Below are positions 49,409 to 58,288 of a DNA stretch of 64,000 nucleotides, piece after piece. The position numbers and the translations under genes are program-made. Source of the stretch: Escherichia virus TH06. Below the pieces are notes generated by a model. That model had not been told where the DNA came from. It did not search any database and worked only from the letters and a program-made list of their open reading frames with translations. The DNA is taken from the sequence record MT446386.1; one strand, written 5' to 3'. Position 1 is the stretch's first letter; every line of letters begins with the position of its first letter.

Positions 49409-50281
49409 ATGTCTAAAGTAGCAATTAACCACTTGAACAAAGCAAACGAAAGTCTTTCCTCTTTAGGCTTAACTGTTGGTAGTCCTGATGCGTGGATGGA
49501 AAACGAAAGCGCACGTAAAGGATTCAAAAACTCTGTAATGCTGGCTTGCTTGATCATTAATTCTACTGCGAACGCTTTACAGTGTGAAGATGAAAGCACG
49601 TTCAAAGAGAACGGTTTTACCGATATGCAGGACGCTATCAATTGTTACATTCAAGCGAATTTGGATAGCTGGAATCAGAAAGATTGGCCTGAGTCATGCC
49701 GTGATGTGAAAGCTGAATTATCCCGCTTGTCTGTCATGGTTGAAGCATGGAACAAGAAAAACAAGAAACAGCCAATCAAGCCTACTGTTGCAAGTAAGAT
49801 TATGAAGTCTGTTAATCTGGCAAGTTATGCACTGGTTGCAGCTATCGGTGTTAGTGCACTGGTCACATCTCTTTCTGATAAGGCTATCGCTAGTCCTGCT
49901 CCTGCAACTGATGCGGCTAGTGTCTTCTCTAGTTCCATCAATAAGGGTTGGATGATTTGCAACGGTGCGGATAGTGACAGCAATAATATCGTGCTAAAGA
50001 TGAAATTTAGCAACGTAACAAATGATGGCGTTCTCTTTCAATCTAAAACGTTAGATAATCAGCCTAACAGTGATCTAGTTCTCAAGCGTACTGATAACGA
50101 TGCGGATATGGTGACATTTGGCACTGTACAACGTTACGAAGACGTTAAAGCTGTAACCAACCTAGTGAGCTATGGCCCGATCAATGAGTCGATGATTGCT
50201 ACAACTGTTTACAATAACGCTGATAACGCTGTTTATACCGTTCACGTTAATTTAGCCAACTGTATTAAGGCTAGTAAGTAA
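49409..50281 (+). CDS. early protein (290 aa), internal hydrophobic segment
   Basis: Track ORF, first gene downstream of P0. Confidence 0.5.
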   Translation: MSKVAINHLNKANESLSSLGLTVGSPDAWMENESARKGFKNSVMLACLIINSTANALQCEDESTFKENGFTDMQDAINCYIQANLDSWNQKDWPESCRDVKAELSRLSVMVEAWNKKNKKQPIKPTVASKIMKSVNLASYALVAAIGVSALVTSLSDKAIASPAPATDAASVFSSSINKGWMICNGADSDSNNIVLKMKFSNVTNDGVLFQSKTLDNQPNSDLVLKRTDNDADMVTFGTVQRYEDVKAVTNLVSYGPINESMIATTVYNNADNAVYTVHVNLANCIKASK

Positions 50282-50306
50282 ATAACCTATTTTCAGGAGT
50301 GTAAAA

Positions 50307-50570
50307 ATGGCTATCAAAGAAGTTAGATTATCTAATGGCTATTCTGTTTTTGTTGGCGATACCGCTATCACGTTTAATCTGCGTCATGGTCAGTTAACGT
50401 TGCCTGTTGTTACTTTCTGCGTTATGGATTTTAAACAGGCTAAAAATTGGCTATCTGCTATCGGCGTTGAAATTAACCGTGATGATTTTCGTTCTATATA
50501 TTTTGACGGTGGCTTGTCACTGGCTAACCTGCTCAATCATGGCCTTGTTGGAGGTGGCACTAATGGGTAA
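50307..50570 (+). CDS. hypothetical protein (87 aa)
   Basis: Track ORF. Confidence 0.45.
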   Translation: MAIKEVRLSNGYSVFVGDTAITFNLRHGQLTLPVVTFCVMDFKQAKNWLSAIGVEINRDDFRSIYFDGGLSLANLLNHGLVGGGTNG

Positions 50571-50817
50571 TGAAACAATCGCACTGATTGACACGCACAA
50601 TTACGGTGGCGTTACGCTCTCCTTTGATGAGTCAATCGACTACACTTATTTGTCCTTTCTAACTAAGGGTGAAATAAAAACTATTAGCTTTCCTGCGGTC
50701 TATTTAGTACAGGATTATCTCACTATTGGGAAGTATTTAGCCCAACGCGGGATTCTTCTGTCGCTGGAAGAAGTGGAACAGGTTAGCGTAGCATTTTTTG
50801 GCGAGGATAGCAACTAG
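50563..50817 (+). CDS. hypothetical protein (84 aa)
   Basis: Internal ATG 50563 of track ORF 50407, after GGAGGTGG, overlapping upstream stop. Confidence 0.4.
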   Translation: MGNETIALIDTHNYGGVTLSFDESIDYTYLSFLTKGEIKTISFPAVYLVQDYLTIGKYLAQRGILLSLEEVEQVSVAFFGEDSN

Positions 50818-50921
50818 TGATTCATGATTATTTTTGGCGTTGCTTGTTCGTTGTTACAGTGGCGTTATTCGTCGCTGATATGCTTTATTCTTATATTCTC
50901 TAACTATAGGTGATTATTATC

Positions 50922-51287
50922 ATGGGTATTATCAAATTTGTAGTAAAAGTATTCGTGGGCTTCTTCCTTGTCGTTCTCCTGCTGGGTGTGCTCCTATCGG
51001 CTATGGGTAGCGTTAAGGCTGCAACATTCTCCCCTGCTACGGTTGACGGCTTGCAATGTACTTATCTTGTAGAAAACTATGAAACCGGTAAAAAGTCACC
51101 TAAAGTTATTATTTTGCATGTAAATGATTTCGATCATGTGCAATCATATGATAAAACTGTTCAACTGGTAAATGAAACAACCGGTAAACAAGTCATGATT
51201 GATCACTTGATGCGCTCATCGTTAACGCTCTTTGATGAGTCCATGAATGAAATTGAATCCGGTAACGGTCAATGTGTAAATCCATAG
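50922..51287 (+). CDS. membrane-anchored protein (121 aa)
   Basis: N-terminal TM GIIKFVVKVFVGFFLVVLLLGVLL. Confidence 0.45.
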   Translation: MGIIKFVVKVFVGFFLVVLLLGVLLSAMGSVKAATFSPATVDGLQCTYLVENYETGKKSPKVIILHVNDFDHVQSYDKTVQLVNETTGKQVMIDHLMRSSLTLFDESMNEIESGNGQCVNP

Positions 51288-51363
51288 GGTTACTATTTCT
51301 GCTTTATTGTGCCGTGGTCATGCCTATGGTCATAATTTATCTGATACTTTAAAACCTTCCTAT

Positions 51364-51388
51364 AAGCCTCGCTATGAGGCTTTTTTCA
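51364..51388 (+). terminator. rho-independent terminator
   Basis: AAGCCTC-GCTAT-GAGGCTT followed by TTTTTT. Confidence 0.65.
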
Positions 51389-51591
51389 TTTCTAGGGTGA
51401 TTGTATGGCTTACTCCCTTTTAGCTCGCTACAGTGCGTTTCAGGCCGCTTATTATTGCTTTACAAGCCGTTTTCTATGATGTATCACGCGCCCCCGCTCT
51501 TTTACCTCCTGATTTCTTCCGGTGTCCTACCGACAATAAAATAAATTCCTTTATAAAACAGTGAGATGAAAAATAATTTGAAAAAAGGGTA

Positions 51592-51619
51592 TTGACATGA
51601 TTTTCCTTTATAGTAATAT
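51592..51619 (+). promoter_or_regulatory. sigma70-type promoter P1 (TTGACA, 16 nt, TAATAT)
   Basis: Consensus -35, A-rich upstream tract; homologous to P0 over about 60 bp. Confidence 0.5.
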
Positions 51620-51748
51620 GAATCCCGTAGTAAGCAGTAAGTAACAACAAGTAGTAAAAACTCCTCGATAGGTGATTAGCATCACGGTAAAAGGCTTCAA
51701 CGGGGAGCGGTAGGAATACCGACAGTAAGACGCACAATGAAGGTGCTA

Positions 51749-51762
51749 CGCTCTTTAAAAAT
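51749..51762 (+). repeat. conserved box CGCTCTTTAAAAAT, copy 1
   Basis: Exact 14-mer present 3 times plus one near-copy within 700 bp. Confidence 0.4.
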
Positions 51763-51797
51763 CAGGCTAGAAAGTGAAAATATTCTTAAAAAGAGTA

Positions 51798-51826
51798 TTG
51801 ACACCAGAAAAAGCCTGATACATAAT
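51798..51826 (+). promoter_or_regulatory. sigma70-type promoter P2 (TTGACA, 17 nt, CATAAT)
   Basis: Followed by GAGCACTCA, shared with P4. Confidence 0.5.
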
Positions 51827-51858
51827 GAGCACTCATTCAGCGATGAATCAAAACATCC

Positions 51859-51872
51859 CGCTCTTTAAAAAT
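51859..51872 (+). repeat. conserved box CGCTCTTTAAAAAT, copy 2
   Basis: Exact 14-mer. Confidence 0.4.
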
Positions 51873-52127
51873 ATGATTTGTCTTACAGGTGGCGGTAACG
51901 TCATTACTATAAGGCGCTTAGTTGATCGCTAGAATTGATTCCTGATTCATACGTGAATAGGCGGACGAAGAGCAACAAAATAAGCCTCATTTGTTCGATA
52001 CTTTCAAATGGTCGATGCTTGAAAGCGCACTAGATTCCTAAAAGACAAATCAGACTTATCATCTTGCCCTTTCGCAAAGATTCAAGCGAGATAAGGGAAC
52101 GGAATAAAAGAAGATGATAAAAAGAGT

Positions 52128-52155
52128 TTGACAAGCTAACACGATGTGTTAAGCT
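52128..52155 (+). promoter_or_regulatory. possible sigma70-type promoter P3 (TTGACA with weak -10)
   Basis: Consensus -35 after AAAAAGAGT, but -10 poor; box copy 3 lies 36 nt downstream. Confidence 0.3.
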
Positions 52156-52168
52156 GTAAATGCTCCAC

Positions 52169-52182
52169 CGCTCTTTAAAAAT
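52169..52182 (+). repeat. conserved box CGCTCTTTAAAAAT, copy 3
   Basis: Exact 14-mer. Confidence 0.4.
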
Positions 52183-52285
52183 ATGAATCATAAGTTTAAG
52201 CCTCACCGCTTAATCCTCAATCAAATAAAGCTGATTGATATATCCTCCCAATAGCGGGAACGACGAAAAAAGATTAAAAAAGTGG

Positions 52286-52314
52286 TTGACAGCGAAAACA
52301 ACATGATTCATAAT
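52286..52314 (+). promoter_or_regulatory. sigma70-type promoter P4 (TTGACA, 17 nt, CATAAT)
   Basis: Followed by GAGCACTCA as in P2. Confidence 0.5.
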
Positions 52315-52404
52315 GAGCACTCACTAAGCAAATCACCGCTTCAGTGAAAAGCGCAACAACGGCTAACAGTTGCATAGCGTGAGAAAGCACGCTGATAGGT
52401 TTAC

Positions 52405-52418
52405 CGCTCTTTAATAAT
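52405..52418 (+). repeat. conserved box variant CGCTCTTTAATAAT, copy 4
   Basis: 13/14 match. Confidence 0.35.
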
Positions 52419-53086
52419 TTAAACATTCTCCTATATCGGTTGAATATGCTTGATGATAATAACCATCGGAAAGCATACCAGATAAAACGGTGTAAGATTC
52501 TCTAAACTATCAGAGAAAACAATCTTACAATCCCTTGCTGGAAACGTCACCACTGATAAACGGATTCATTGAGTGTACGCAAAGACTTAAGCTAATCGCC
52601 CACGGTTAAGGGTAGCGGCGGTCATCGCTAACAAGGCGCTACAGTGAAAGAAGTTAATCAGGGTAGGCAAGCCCGAAGAATTAACGCTCAATTGAGAGCG
52701 GCGGGGAGTGGTTAAAAAGTGGCAAATTGCTATTTAACAATAAGGTTTAGTGTGAACGTTTACGATGTGAATGATTTGAGGCCACTATCGATGGCGTACA
52801 TAGTCAGTTTATGTAGTAAACTTGCCGAAAGATATAAAACGTCAGAACATTAGACGGTCAATGACTCTTTCACAATAGCATCCCGTTGTGGGCGATGGCT
52901 AGTGATTGAGAGTTGATACAAAAGGATAGGCGAGAGCGAAAGCAAAGTAGACGATATTGCCGACGGTTACAATAAACGTAACTAATTAGAGTCGGACGCA
53001 CTGCCTTATTGTGATGATTGATCATCGCTATCAGGTCGGCTTCGTTTATAGCGACTAATTAAAGATACCAGATGAAACATCACGGA

Positions 53087-53134
53087 TAAGGGGGCGGCAA
53101 GGTTAACTCCTGATAAGACCGCCCCGCTTATCAA
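53087..53134. promoter_or_regulatory. long imperfect palindrome GATAAGGGGGCGG...CCGCCCCGCTTATC with GATAAG repeats
   Basis: Read directly; about 100 nt upstream of gene 53236. Confidence 0.3.
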
Positions 53135-53235
53135 TAATTACTTAACAATGAGTGGTTATTGATAAGTTAATAGTGACTTAAACAAGCTCATAGAGAGCGG
53201 GGCAATAGCGCCCTTACAATTGAAAGGTGAATATC

Positions 53236-54135
53236 ATGGCTAAAGTTTTTACTCTGGTTAACGAATCTGGTTTTAATGCACTGGCTAACAACATTCGTAG
53301 CAATAACGCGGCGATCAAACAAGATGTCTCTAACTTCCTGTTAGGGCACTTACAGCACTTCCGCAGTAACGGTAAAAAGCTGGACGTATTGCAGACGGCG
53401 GTTGACTTCTTGTTAACTGAACGTTTTCGTGATATGGATGTGATTGCCACTGCAATTACTTTCTTAACTCCTATCAAGTTTAACACTGATGCGGCAAATG
53501 GTCGTAAAAAGTGGATTAATCTGGAAGGTGAGGCGAAAGCTAAAGAAGACGCGAAAGAAGCGCAAATTAAAACCAAAATGGAACAAAACCGCGCTCGCTG
53601 GTCAAACGCTTTCGAAAACTTTGCTTTAGGCCGTGAAATTGAAGTCGATAACCCTAACTTTTACAAGGGTTGCAATGACAATGTGGCGGCACACCTGCAA
53701 ATCCCGGCGAAAAACAAGGAAGACTTTAACCAAGATATTTACGCTTTGGTTGAACGCTTGAATGCAATCCGTATTGAAGCCAAATTACTGGCTGATGAGC
53801 GCAACGGTGCAACTAGTGATAACACTATCGCCCTGAGTGAAGAAGTAGGAAAGGTTAAGAAATCTTTTGATTCACTCATCAAGAAAGTCACGGCCTCAAC
53901 GGTAGCGATCTCTGATAACTACCTGATGAACGCATCAAGCAAGGAATTAGAATCACTCGATTCATACGCTGATGAAATGGAAAAGACTGTTGCAGCTATG
54001 CAGGAGAAGTTAGAAAGTCTGCGCGGTCGTATCTCTTCAACGGTTGCTACCCGTACCGAACAAGCTGCGAAAGCAGAAGAGGAAGAAGTATTGCGTAAAG
54101 CGGCTGAAATTATGGCGGCACGTCAAGCGGCATAA
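53236..54135 (+). CDS. hypothetical helical protein (299 aa)
   Basis: Start moved to ATG 53236 after GAAAGGTG; preceded by about 0.9 kb without ORFs. Confidence 0.5.
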   Translation: MAKVFTLVNESGFNALANNIRSNNAAIKQDVSNFLLGHLQHFRSNGKKLDVLQTAVDFLLTERFRDMDVIATAITFLTPIKFNTDAANGRKKWINLEGEAKAKEDAKEAQIKTKMEQNRARWSNAFENFALGREIEVDNPNFYKGCNDNVAAHLQIPAKNKEDFNQDIYALVERLNAIRIEAKLLADERNGATSDNTIALSEEVGKVKKSFDSLIKKVTASTVAISDNYLMNASSKELESLDSYADEMEKTVAAMQEKLESLRGRISSTVATRTEQAAKAEEEEVLRKAAEIMAARQAA

Positions 54136-54240
54136 GTAAGACAGTTTAAATAAACATAAGGTGCTATCTTAACGGGTAGCGCCTTTTCTTTTATCAGTGC
54201 ATTGATTCAGTGCATTAATCAAAGAATTTAATCAAAGGTG

Positions 54241-54465
54241 ATGATCATGTTAATTACGCATACCACGATTTATAGGAATCTTGTCAACGGTCAACATTAC
54301 CGCCTATCTAAAAAGTATGGCGTTGAATGTAAATGTGTTATTACCGGTGAATGGTATCCGTCACCAATGAAGATTGAAACGTTGGAACGTGAAGCGATCA
54401 GCTATATTATCACGCAAGAAACAACGTTAGGCCGTATCTTAAGAAAGTTGGGATTGAGAAAATGA
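54241..54465 (+). CDS. hypothetical protein (74 aa)
   Basis: Track ORF, first ATG. Confidence 0.4.
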   Translation: MIMLITHTTIYRNLVNGQHYRLSKKYGVECKCVITGEWYPSPMKIETLEREAISYIITQETTLGRILRKLGLRK

Positions 54466-54686
54466 TATTCAGTAGCAATTTTGGCAAGTGTCCTATTTGT
54501 GAGAAACATCGCAGCACGGGAAACCATCGCAAATGTAGTAAGATATTACAGCGCCAACGTGATAACAACCATTGGGATACTGTACACGCTAATCAGCGTA
54601 AAGAAGAAGTTAAAGAAATGGCTGTTAAAGCATCCTTTGCCCAATCCACCCGTATTGAACACATCCAAAGGTATCAAGCATTATGA
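54462..54686 (+). CDS. small Cys/His-containing basic protein (74 aa)
   Basis: CPICEKH...HRKC. Confidence 0.4.
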   Translation: MIFSSNFGKCPICEKHRSTGNHRKCSKILQRQRDNNHWDTVHANQRKEEVKEMAVKASFAQSTRIEHIQRYQAL

Positions 54687-54892
54687 TCACTAATATTTCA
54701 GAGTTTAAGAAAGCGCCTTCTCGTCTGTTAGGTCGTCGTGTTGTGTATCTTTATAGCAATAAAGGTAAAGCTACAACTGGACGAATTACAACAGTAAGTA
54801 GTGTTACTAAAGGTTTGCTCAAGTTATGTGTAGATATGGACGATGGTACAATCCTGCTACGCAGTTGGAAGTCGTTTAGTTTACTTGATTAA
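54683..54892 (+). CDS. hypothetical protein (69 aa)
   Basis: Track ORF, overlapping upstream stop. Confidence 0.4.
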   Translation: MITNISEFKKAPSRLLGRRVVYLYSNKGKATTGRITTVSSVTKGLLKLCVDMDDGTILLRSWKSFSLLD

Positions 54893-54961
54893 GTTGTTTG
54901 TTCAAGCCTATCACCTTGATGGGCTTGCCCGATATAACTTATCACTAAAAGGAATAAGATT

Positions 54962-55405
54962 GTGGCTAAATCAAAAATCAGCATGAAGGGCGGGCGTTGT
55001 TTTGCTATCTCTGAACTGGAGAAAGAGAAGCCAAAGGCAACCAATCACGTCAGCAAGCGTAGTTTAAAACGTCGTGCTGCAAAGGCTGAGGCTGAATCTC
55101 ATGTTCCTTCTAGTATACCTAAGCGCGTAGGCCATCGCGTTCATCGTGCTGATGCGTTATTGTTAGCTGATCATAAACGATCTTTGTTACAGAGCGGGGG
55201 CGCTAAAACAGAAGAAGAGAAGAAGTTAGAAATCTTCTGTAATGGTCGCACCCGTGGTAAACAGAAGTTTAAGGGTAGCACGAAAGACCCGCAGGCTTTC
55301 CCTAAGACAAGCCAATGCGCACCTGATGTTTTCTACGCAGACAGTAAACATAAATGGGGCGTTGAGAAATACATTGACCCCATCAAAGAGGCAAGGGTTA
55401 AGTAG
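54962..55405 (+). CDS. basic hypothetical protein (147 aa)
   Basis: GTG start after AAGGAA; K/R-rich. Confidence 0.45.
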   Translation: MAKSKISMKGGRCFAISELEKEKPKATNHVSKRSLKRRAAKAEAESHVPSSIPKRVGHRVHRADALLLADHKRSLLQSGGAKTEEEKKLEIFCNGRTRGKQKFKGSTKDPQAFPKTSQCAPDVFYADSKHKWGVEKYIDPIKEARVK

Positions 55406-55422
55406 TAGGAATATAGCCCCTC

Positions 55423-55439
55423 TTTTAGTACTATGACGC
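55423..55439 (+). repeat. conserved 17-nt motif TTTTAGTACTATGACGC, copy 1
   Basis: Identical 17-mer also at 62143-62159; contains palindrome TAGTACTA; followed by a hairpin. Confidence 0.4.
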
Positions 55440-55484
55440 TCTTTCTGTAGCGTCGTGCCCTCTCCCCATTTGAAGATTCCGCAT

Positions 55485-55507
55485 AGCCGCCTTTGAGCGG
55501 CTTTTTG
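55485..55507 (+). terminator. rho-independent terminator
   Basis: AGCCGC-CTTTGA-GCGGCT followed by TTTTT. Confidence 0.55.
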
Positions 55508-55569
55508 CGTTGCTGTAAGTGCATTTGCGAGTGTATTTATAGCAACGGTCATGTGTTGCTTTCAGGTTT

Positions 55570-55596
55570 GCCCCGGCTACGGCTGGGGCTTTTTTA
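55570..55596 (+). terminator. rho-independent terminator
   Basis: GCCCCGGC-TACG-GCTGGGGC followed by TTTTTT. Confidence 0.65.
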
Positions 55597-55644
55597 TGCC
55601 CGTAAAACAGGAGGTATCAAGTTCTGATAACAACGGCCCAGCTA

Positions 55645-56034
55645 ATGTTGACATTGACTATTTATTATGAGGCAGGGAATCAGCCAACCGCATGTAAGGC
55701 TTTAGTTGCGGATACCGTAATAAATAGAATGGCACAACGAAAACTGACCGCTGAACAGGTGATAAGACAAAAGAACCAGTTTGAGTGGATTCCGGTACTA
55801 TTAAAACAGGAGAAACCTTATAAACGTTATGTAAAGCTGATTCGTGATAAAAATCCGATGACTAAGCAAGCCATTGGAGAAAGCGAGCGGCTAGCTAAAC
55901 GTGCCCTTAAGAAGAATTATGTTCCGCTTTATAGTGGGACTTACTTTCAGAGTAAGAGCGAAGGGGTGCCAAAATGGTATGCCAATCCTATGTATTGTGG
56001 TGATTTAGTGTTCGATAATAGCTCTAGGGAATAA
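55645..56034 (+). CDS. cell wall hydrolase, SleB-like (Hydrolase_2-type) domain protein
   Basis: LTLTIYYEAGNQPTACKALVADTVINRMAQ...QKNQFEW resembles the SleB-family N-terminal signature. Confidence 0.5.
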   Translation: MLTLTIYYEAGNQPTACKALVADTVINRMAQRKLTAEQVIRQKNQFEWIPVLLKQEKPYKRYVKLIRDKNPMTKQAIGESERLAKRALKKNYVPLYSGTYFQSKSEGVPKWYANPMYCGDLVFDNSSRE

Positions 56035-56233
56035 TCTCTAGTGCCAGATTTAACAAACTAAATTCCTTTATAAACCAACCACTTAGTAAATTTATTGAAA
56101 AAGATGGTAGTATTCTGGGACTATGGGTAATGCTCTGTATATAGACCCTTTGAAAATTTCTTAGAAAATAAGTTTACTAAATATAACTTACTTAAATAAT
56201 ATTACTTTTAATCTCTGATAAAGGGTAAATAAT

Positions 56234-56530
56234 ATGACTTTAGAGGTATATAAATTCCTTTTTGTAAGCTGTTTAACTATCAGCGTTATAGGGTTTATTG
56301 TTCTCAGAAACAAAGCAGCAAGCTGGGAGAGAATGTATAAATCTCTAGTCCGAGTGGATGAGATGTATAATGAGAAAGTTAAAGTAACACTTAATGATCT
56401 TATTATGCAAGTTGAAGACAGAAATAAGCGTCTTCAGAACCTCAACCATGAAGTATTACGACTTGCTCGTGCTAATGAAGACTTGCGAGTAGCTATTGCT
56501 AAGCAGCAGGAGATTAACAGTGAAAGTTAA
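56234..56530 (+). CDS. membrane-anchored coiled-coil protein (98 aa)
   Basis: N-terminal TM FLFVSCLTISVIGFIVL then heptad-like region. Confidence 0.45.
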   Translation: MTLEVYKFLFVSCLTISVIGFIVLRNKAASWERMYKSLVRVDEMYNEKVKVTLNDLIMQVEDRNKRLQNLNHEVLRLARANEDLRVAIAKQQEINSES

Positions 56531-56756
56531 TATTAAATCTGATCGTACAATGCTTCGATTAAATAACATGAAGCCGGGGGTTCTGTTTGAGCGTAAAGAA
56601 TCCCTTTACATCAGAACCGACACATTGTACGCAGACAATTATGTCAACTGTGTTGATGTGGTAACTGGAAAGCTCATGCCTTTTAAACGGGATGAAGTTT
56701 GCCAAGTACGCAGTGATCTCCATATAACCAACATAGAGGCTAAAGATGAAGATTAA
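56520..56756 (+). CDS. small protein, paralog family C member 1
   Basis: GTG 56520 after AGGAG gives MKVNIK N-terminus like other members; shares G.VF...Y...V.L.TG pattern. Confidence 0.45.
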   Translation: MKVNIKSDRTMLRLNNMKPGVLFERKESLYIRTDTLYADNYVNCVDVVTGKLMPFKRDEVCQVRSDLHITNIEAKDED

Positions 56757-57003
56757 TCTTGAAGTAAATGAACCGTCTTTGTGTGTTGGTGATCTCAAAC
56801 TTGGGGATGTATTCCAAATCAGGGAAACACGAGCAGATTTCTACATGGTTGTTCAGCTATTTACCTCACAGATTGAAGAGACCAAGCCTTCTGATGGGGG
56901 TTGTGTCGTCCTTAGTCTGACAAATAAGCAAGTCCTTAAACTTAGCTCGAAAAGCAAGGTTGTTCTTCTTCATGATGTTGTTATTACTAACAAGGGCAAG
57001 TAG
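56746..57003 (+). CDS. small protein, paralog family C member 2
   Basis: MKINLE..., LKLGDVFQ...FYMVV. Confidence 0.5.
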   Translation: MKINLEVNEPSLCVGDLKLGDVFQIRETRADFYMVVQLFTSQIEETKPSDGGCVVLSLTNKQVLKLSSKSKVVLLHDVVITNKGK

Positions 57004-57222
57004 ATGGAAATTAAAGTAGTTGATTATCCTAAATATGCAAATGCAGAAGATGTTAAAGGTGGTGATGTTTTCTCTTACGACAGACGTTTCTGGCTGATGT
57101 TAGAAGATAAAACTCCCGATGGTTTATGTAAGGCCGCCAATCTGAACAGCGGTTCTGTTGAAGTCTTCGGTCTATCAACCACTGTTATGCCACGCCCTGA
57201 TCTGTGTTTATCCCAAAAGTAA
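57004..57222 (+). CDS. small protein, paralog family C member 3
   Basis: MEIKVV..., VKGGDVFS. Confidence 0.5.
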   Translation: MEIKVVDYPKYANAEDVKGGDVFSYDRRFWLMLEDKTPDGLCKAANLNSGSVEVFGLSTTVMPRPDLCLSQK

Positions 57223-57230
57223 CATCGACT

Positions 57231-57333
57231 TATAGCCCTTGTGTTTATCAGAGGGCTATGTGAGGGTGTTCCTCATTAACTTATTAATTCAGGCATATGC
57301 CACACCGCTAGGGAGAGCTTGCTCGAACATCCG
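57231..57333 (+). repeat. conserved intergenic element, copy A (hairpin ATAGCCC/GGGCTAT, then GCTAGGGAGAG and CTCGAACATCCG)
   Basis: Paralogous to 62693-62804; both follow a gene stop. Confidence 0.45.
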
Positions 57334-57580
57334 GTGTTAGACTAAAACCTGTTCAATTTCGGTAGACTTTCCACTACGTAGGGGTACGTATTGGTTTGGG
57401 ATTCAGGAGATCTCCTAGGGGTAGGAGGTCTTCACCAGTTGGGATAAGAGATAGCTCTAGAACCTGAACTCTTAGGCAGAGAGGGTCGGCAATGAGTACG
57501 CGGTCAGAATTAGCCTCCTGACTAGGGCTATCCCTTATATCAACTGGCAATAATGCCTCCACTAATAAAGAGAGAACGTT

Positions 57581-57721
57581 ATGAAGAAGTCAACCAAGCG
57601 TATGAACCGTCCTGAGCGTATGGATGCAGTAGCAAATGGTGCACTGAAGATCGAGTCTGCCATGCTGCGTCTGATGGGTAACATCCGTAAGCGTCAAGGT
57701 GGTTGGGTTTACAATAACTGA
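57581..57721 (+). CDS. small basic protein (46 aa)
   Basis: ATG 57581, no stops to 57721, followed by terminator; weak RBS. Confidence 0.35.
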   Translation: MKKSTKRMNRPERMDAVANGALKIESAMLRLMGNIRKRQGGWVYNN

Positions 57722-57730
57722 TTTAATAAA

Positions 57731-57764
57731 AGGCTGCCTAGAAATAGGTGGCCTTTGTTGTTTT
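57731..57764 (+). terminator. rho-independent terminator
   Basis: AGGCTGCC...GGTGGCCT hairpin (with G-U pairs) followed by TTGTTGTTTT. Confidence 0.5.
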
Positions 57765-57887
57765 AATTAAGGGTCAACTCTTACTTAAACTAACAACGGG
57801 TGTATGGTATTGACAGGCATCGGCACGGAACTTGTTACCAACAAGGTTGGCGAATCAAGACCTCTGTGAAGCTCCGAAGAAATCAAG

Positions 57888-57914
57888 GCAGGTTCGACTC
57901 CTGCTCCCCGACCA
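57888..57914 (+). other. tRNA-like 3' fragment (perfect T-arm GCAGG-TTCGACT-CCTGC plus acceptor-like tail), no complete cloverleaf found
   Basis: GGTTCGACTCC T-loop consensus; no matching 5' acceptor strand upstream. Confidence 0.25.
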
Positions 57915-57934
57915 AATCAGCAAGAGGTGCTTAT

Positions 57935-58288
57935 ATGAGAAGCATGGTTAAAGATTGGGTAACTAAATCAGGTCTTCGTGCTGTGATTATGCACATGAAC
58001 GACTCCCACTTTTGTGGATATGTAGAGCTACCAGACAGCTTAAAACATAAAAACTTCACCGGATATAACGGGAATGAAGAAGTTTGTTATGTAAGTGTTC
58101 ATGGTGGTGTCACATGGCAAGATACCCTTGAAGAGATGGATGGTTTAGATACAATCGGATTTGATTGTGCCCATGCAGGTGATAAGACACGGTTCAACCC
58201 TAACGGGGTTCCAAGAACAGAAACGTTCTGCATCAACGAATGCGAACAAATGGCTGAACAACTAAGAGATCTCGAATCAAATGTCTAA
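57935..58288 (+). CDS. hypothetical protein (117 aa)
   Basis: Internal ATG 57935 of track ORF 57800 after AGAGGTG; track N-terminus overlaps the tRNA-like element. Confidence 0.45.
   Translation: MRSMVKDWVTKSGLRAVIMHMNDSHFCGYVELPDSLKHKNFTGYNGNEEVCYVSVHGGVTWQDTLEEMDGLDTIGFDCAHAGDKTRFNPNGVPRTETFCINECEQMAEQLRDLESNV

Noticed and set aside
51474-51737. Minus-strand ORF of 87 aa inside the promoter array
   Set aside because: No RBS, spans the P1 promoter, and the region otherwise reads as regulatory DNA.
48238-53235. CRISPR array
   Set aside because: Repeats are short, imperfect and irregularly spaced, with no constant repeat-spacer periodicity and no cas genes.
53214-53576. Minus-strand ORF of 120 aa overlapping the start of gene 53236-54135
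   Set aside because: Antisense to a well-supported gene with a good RBS; no independent support.
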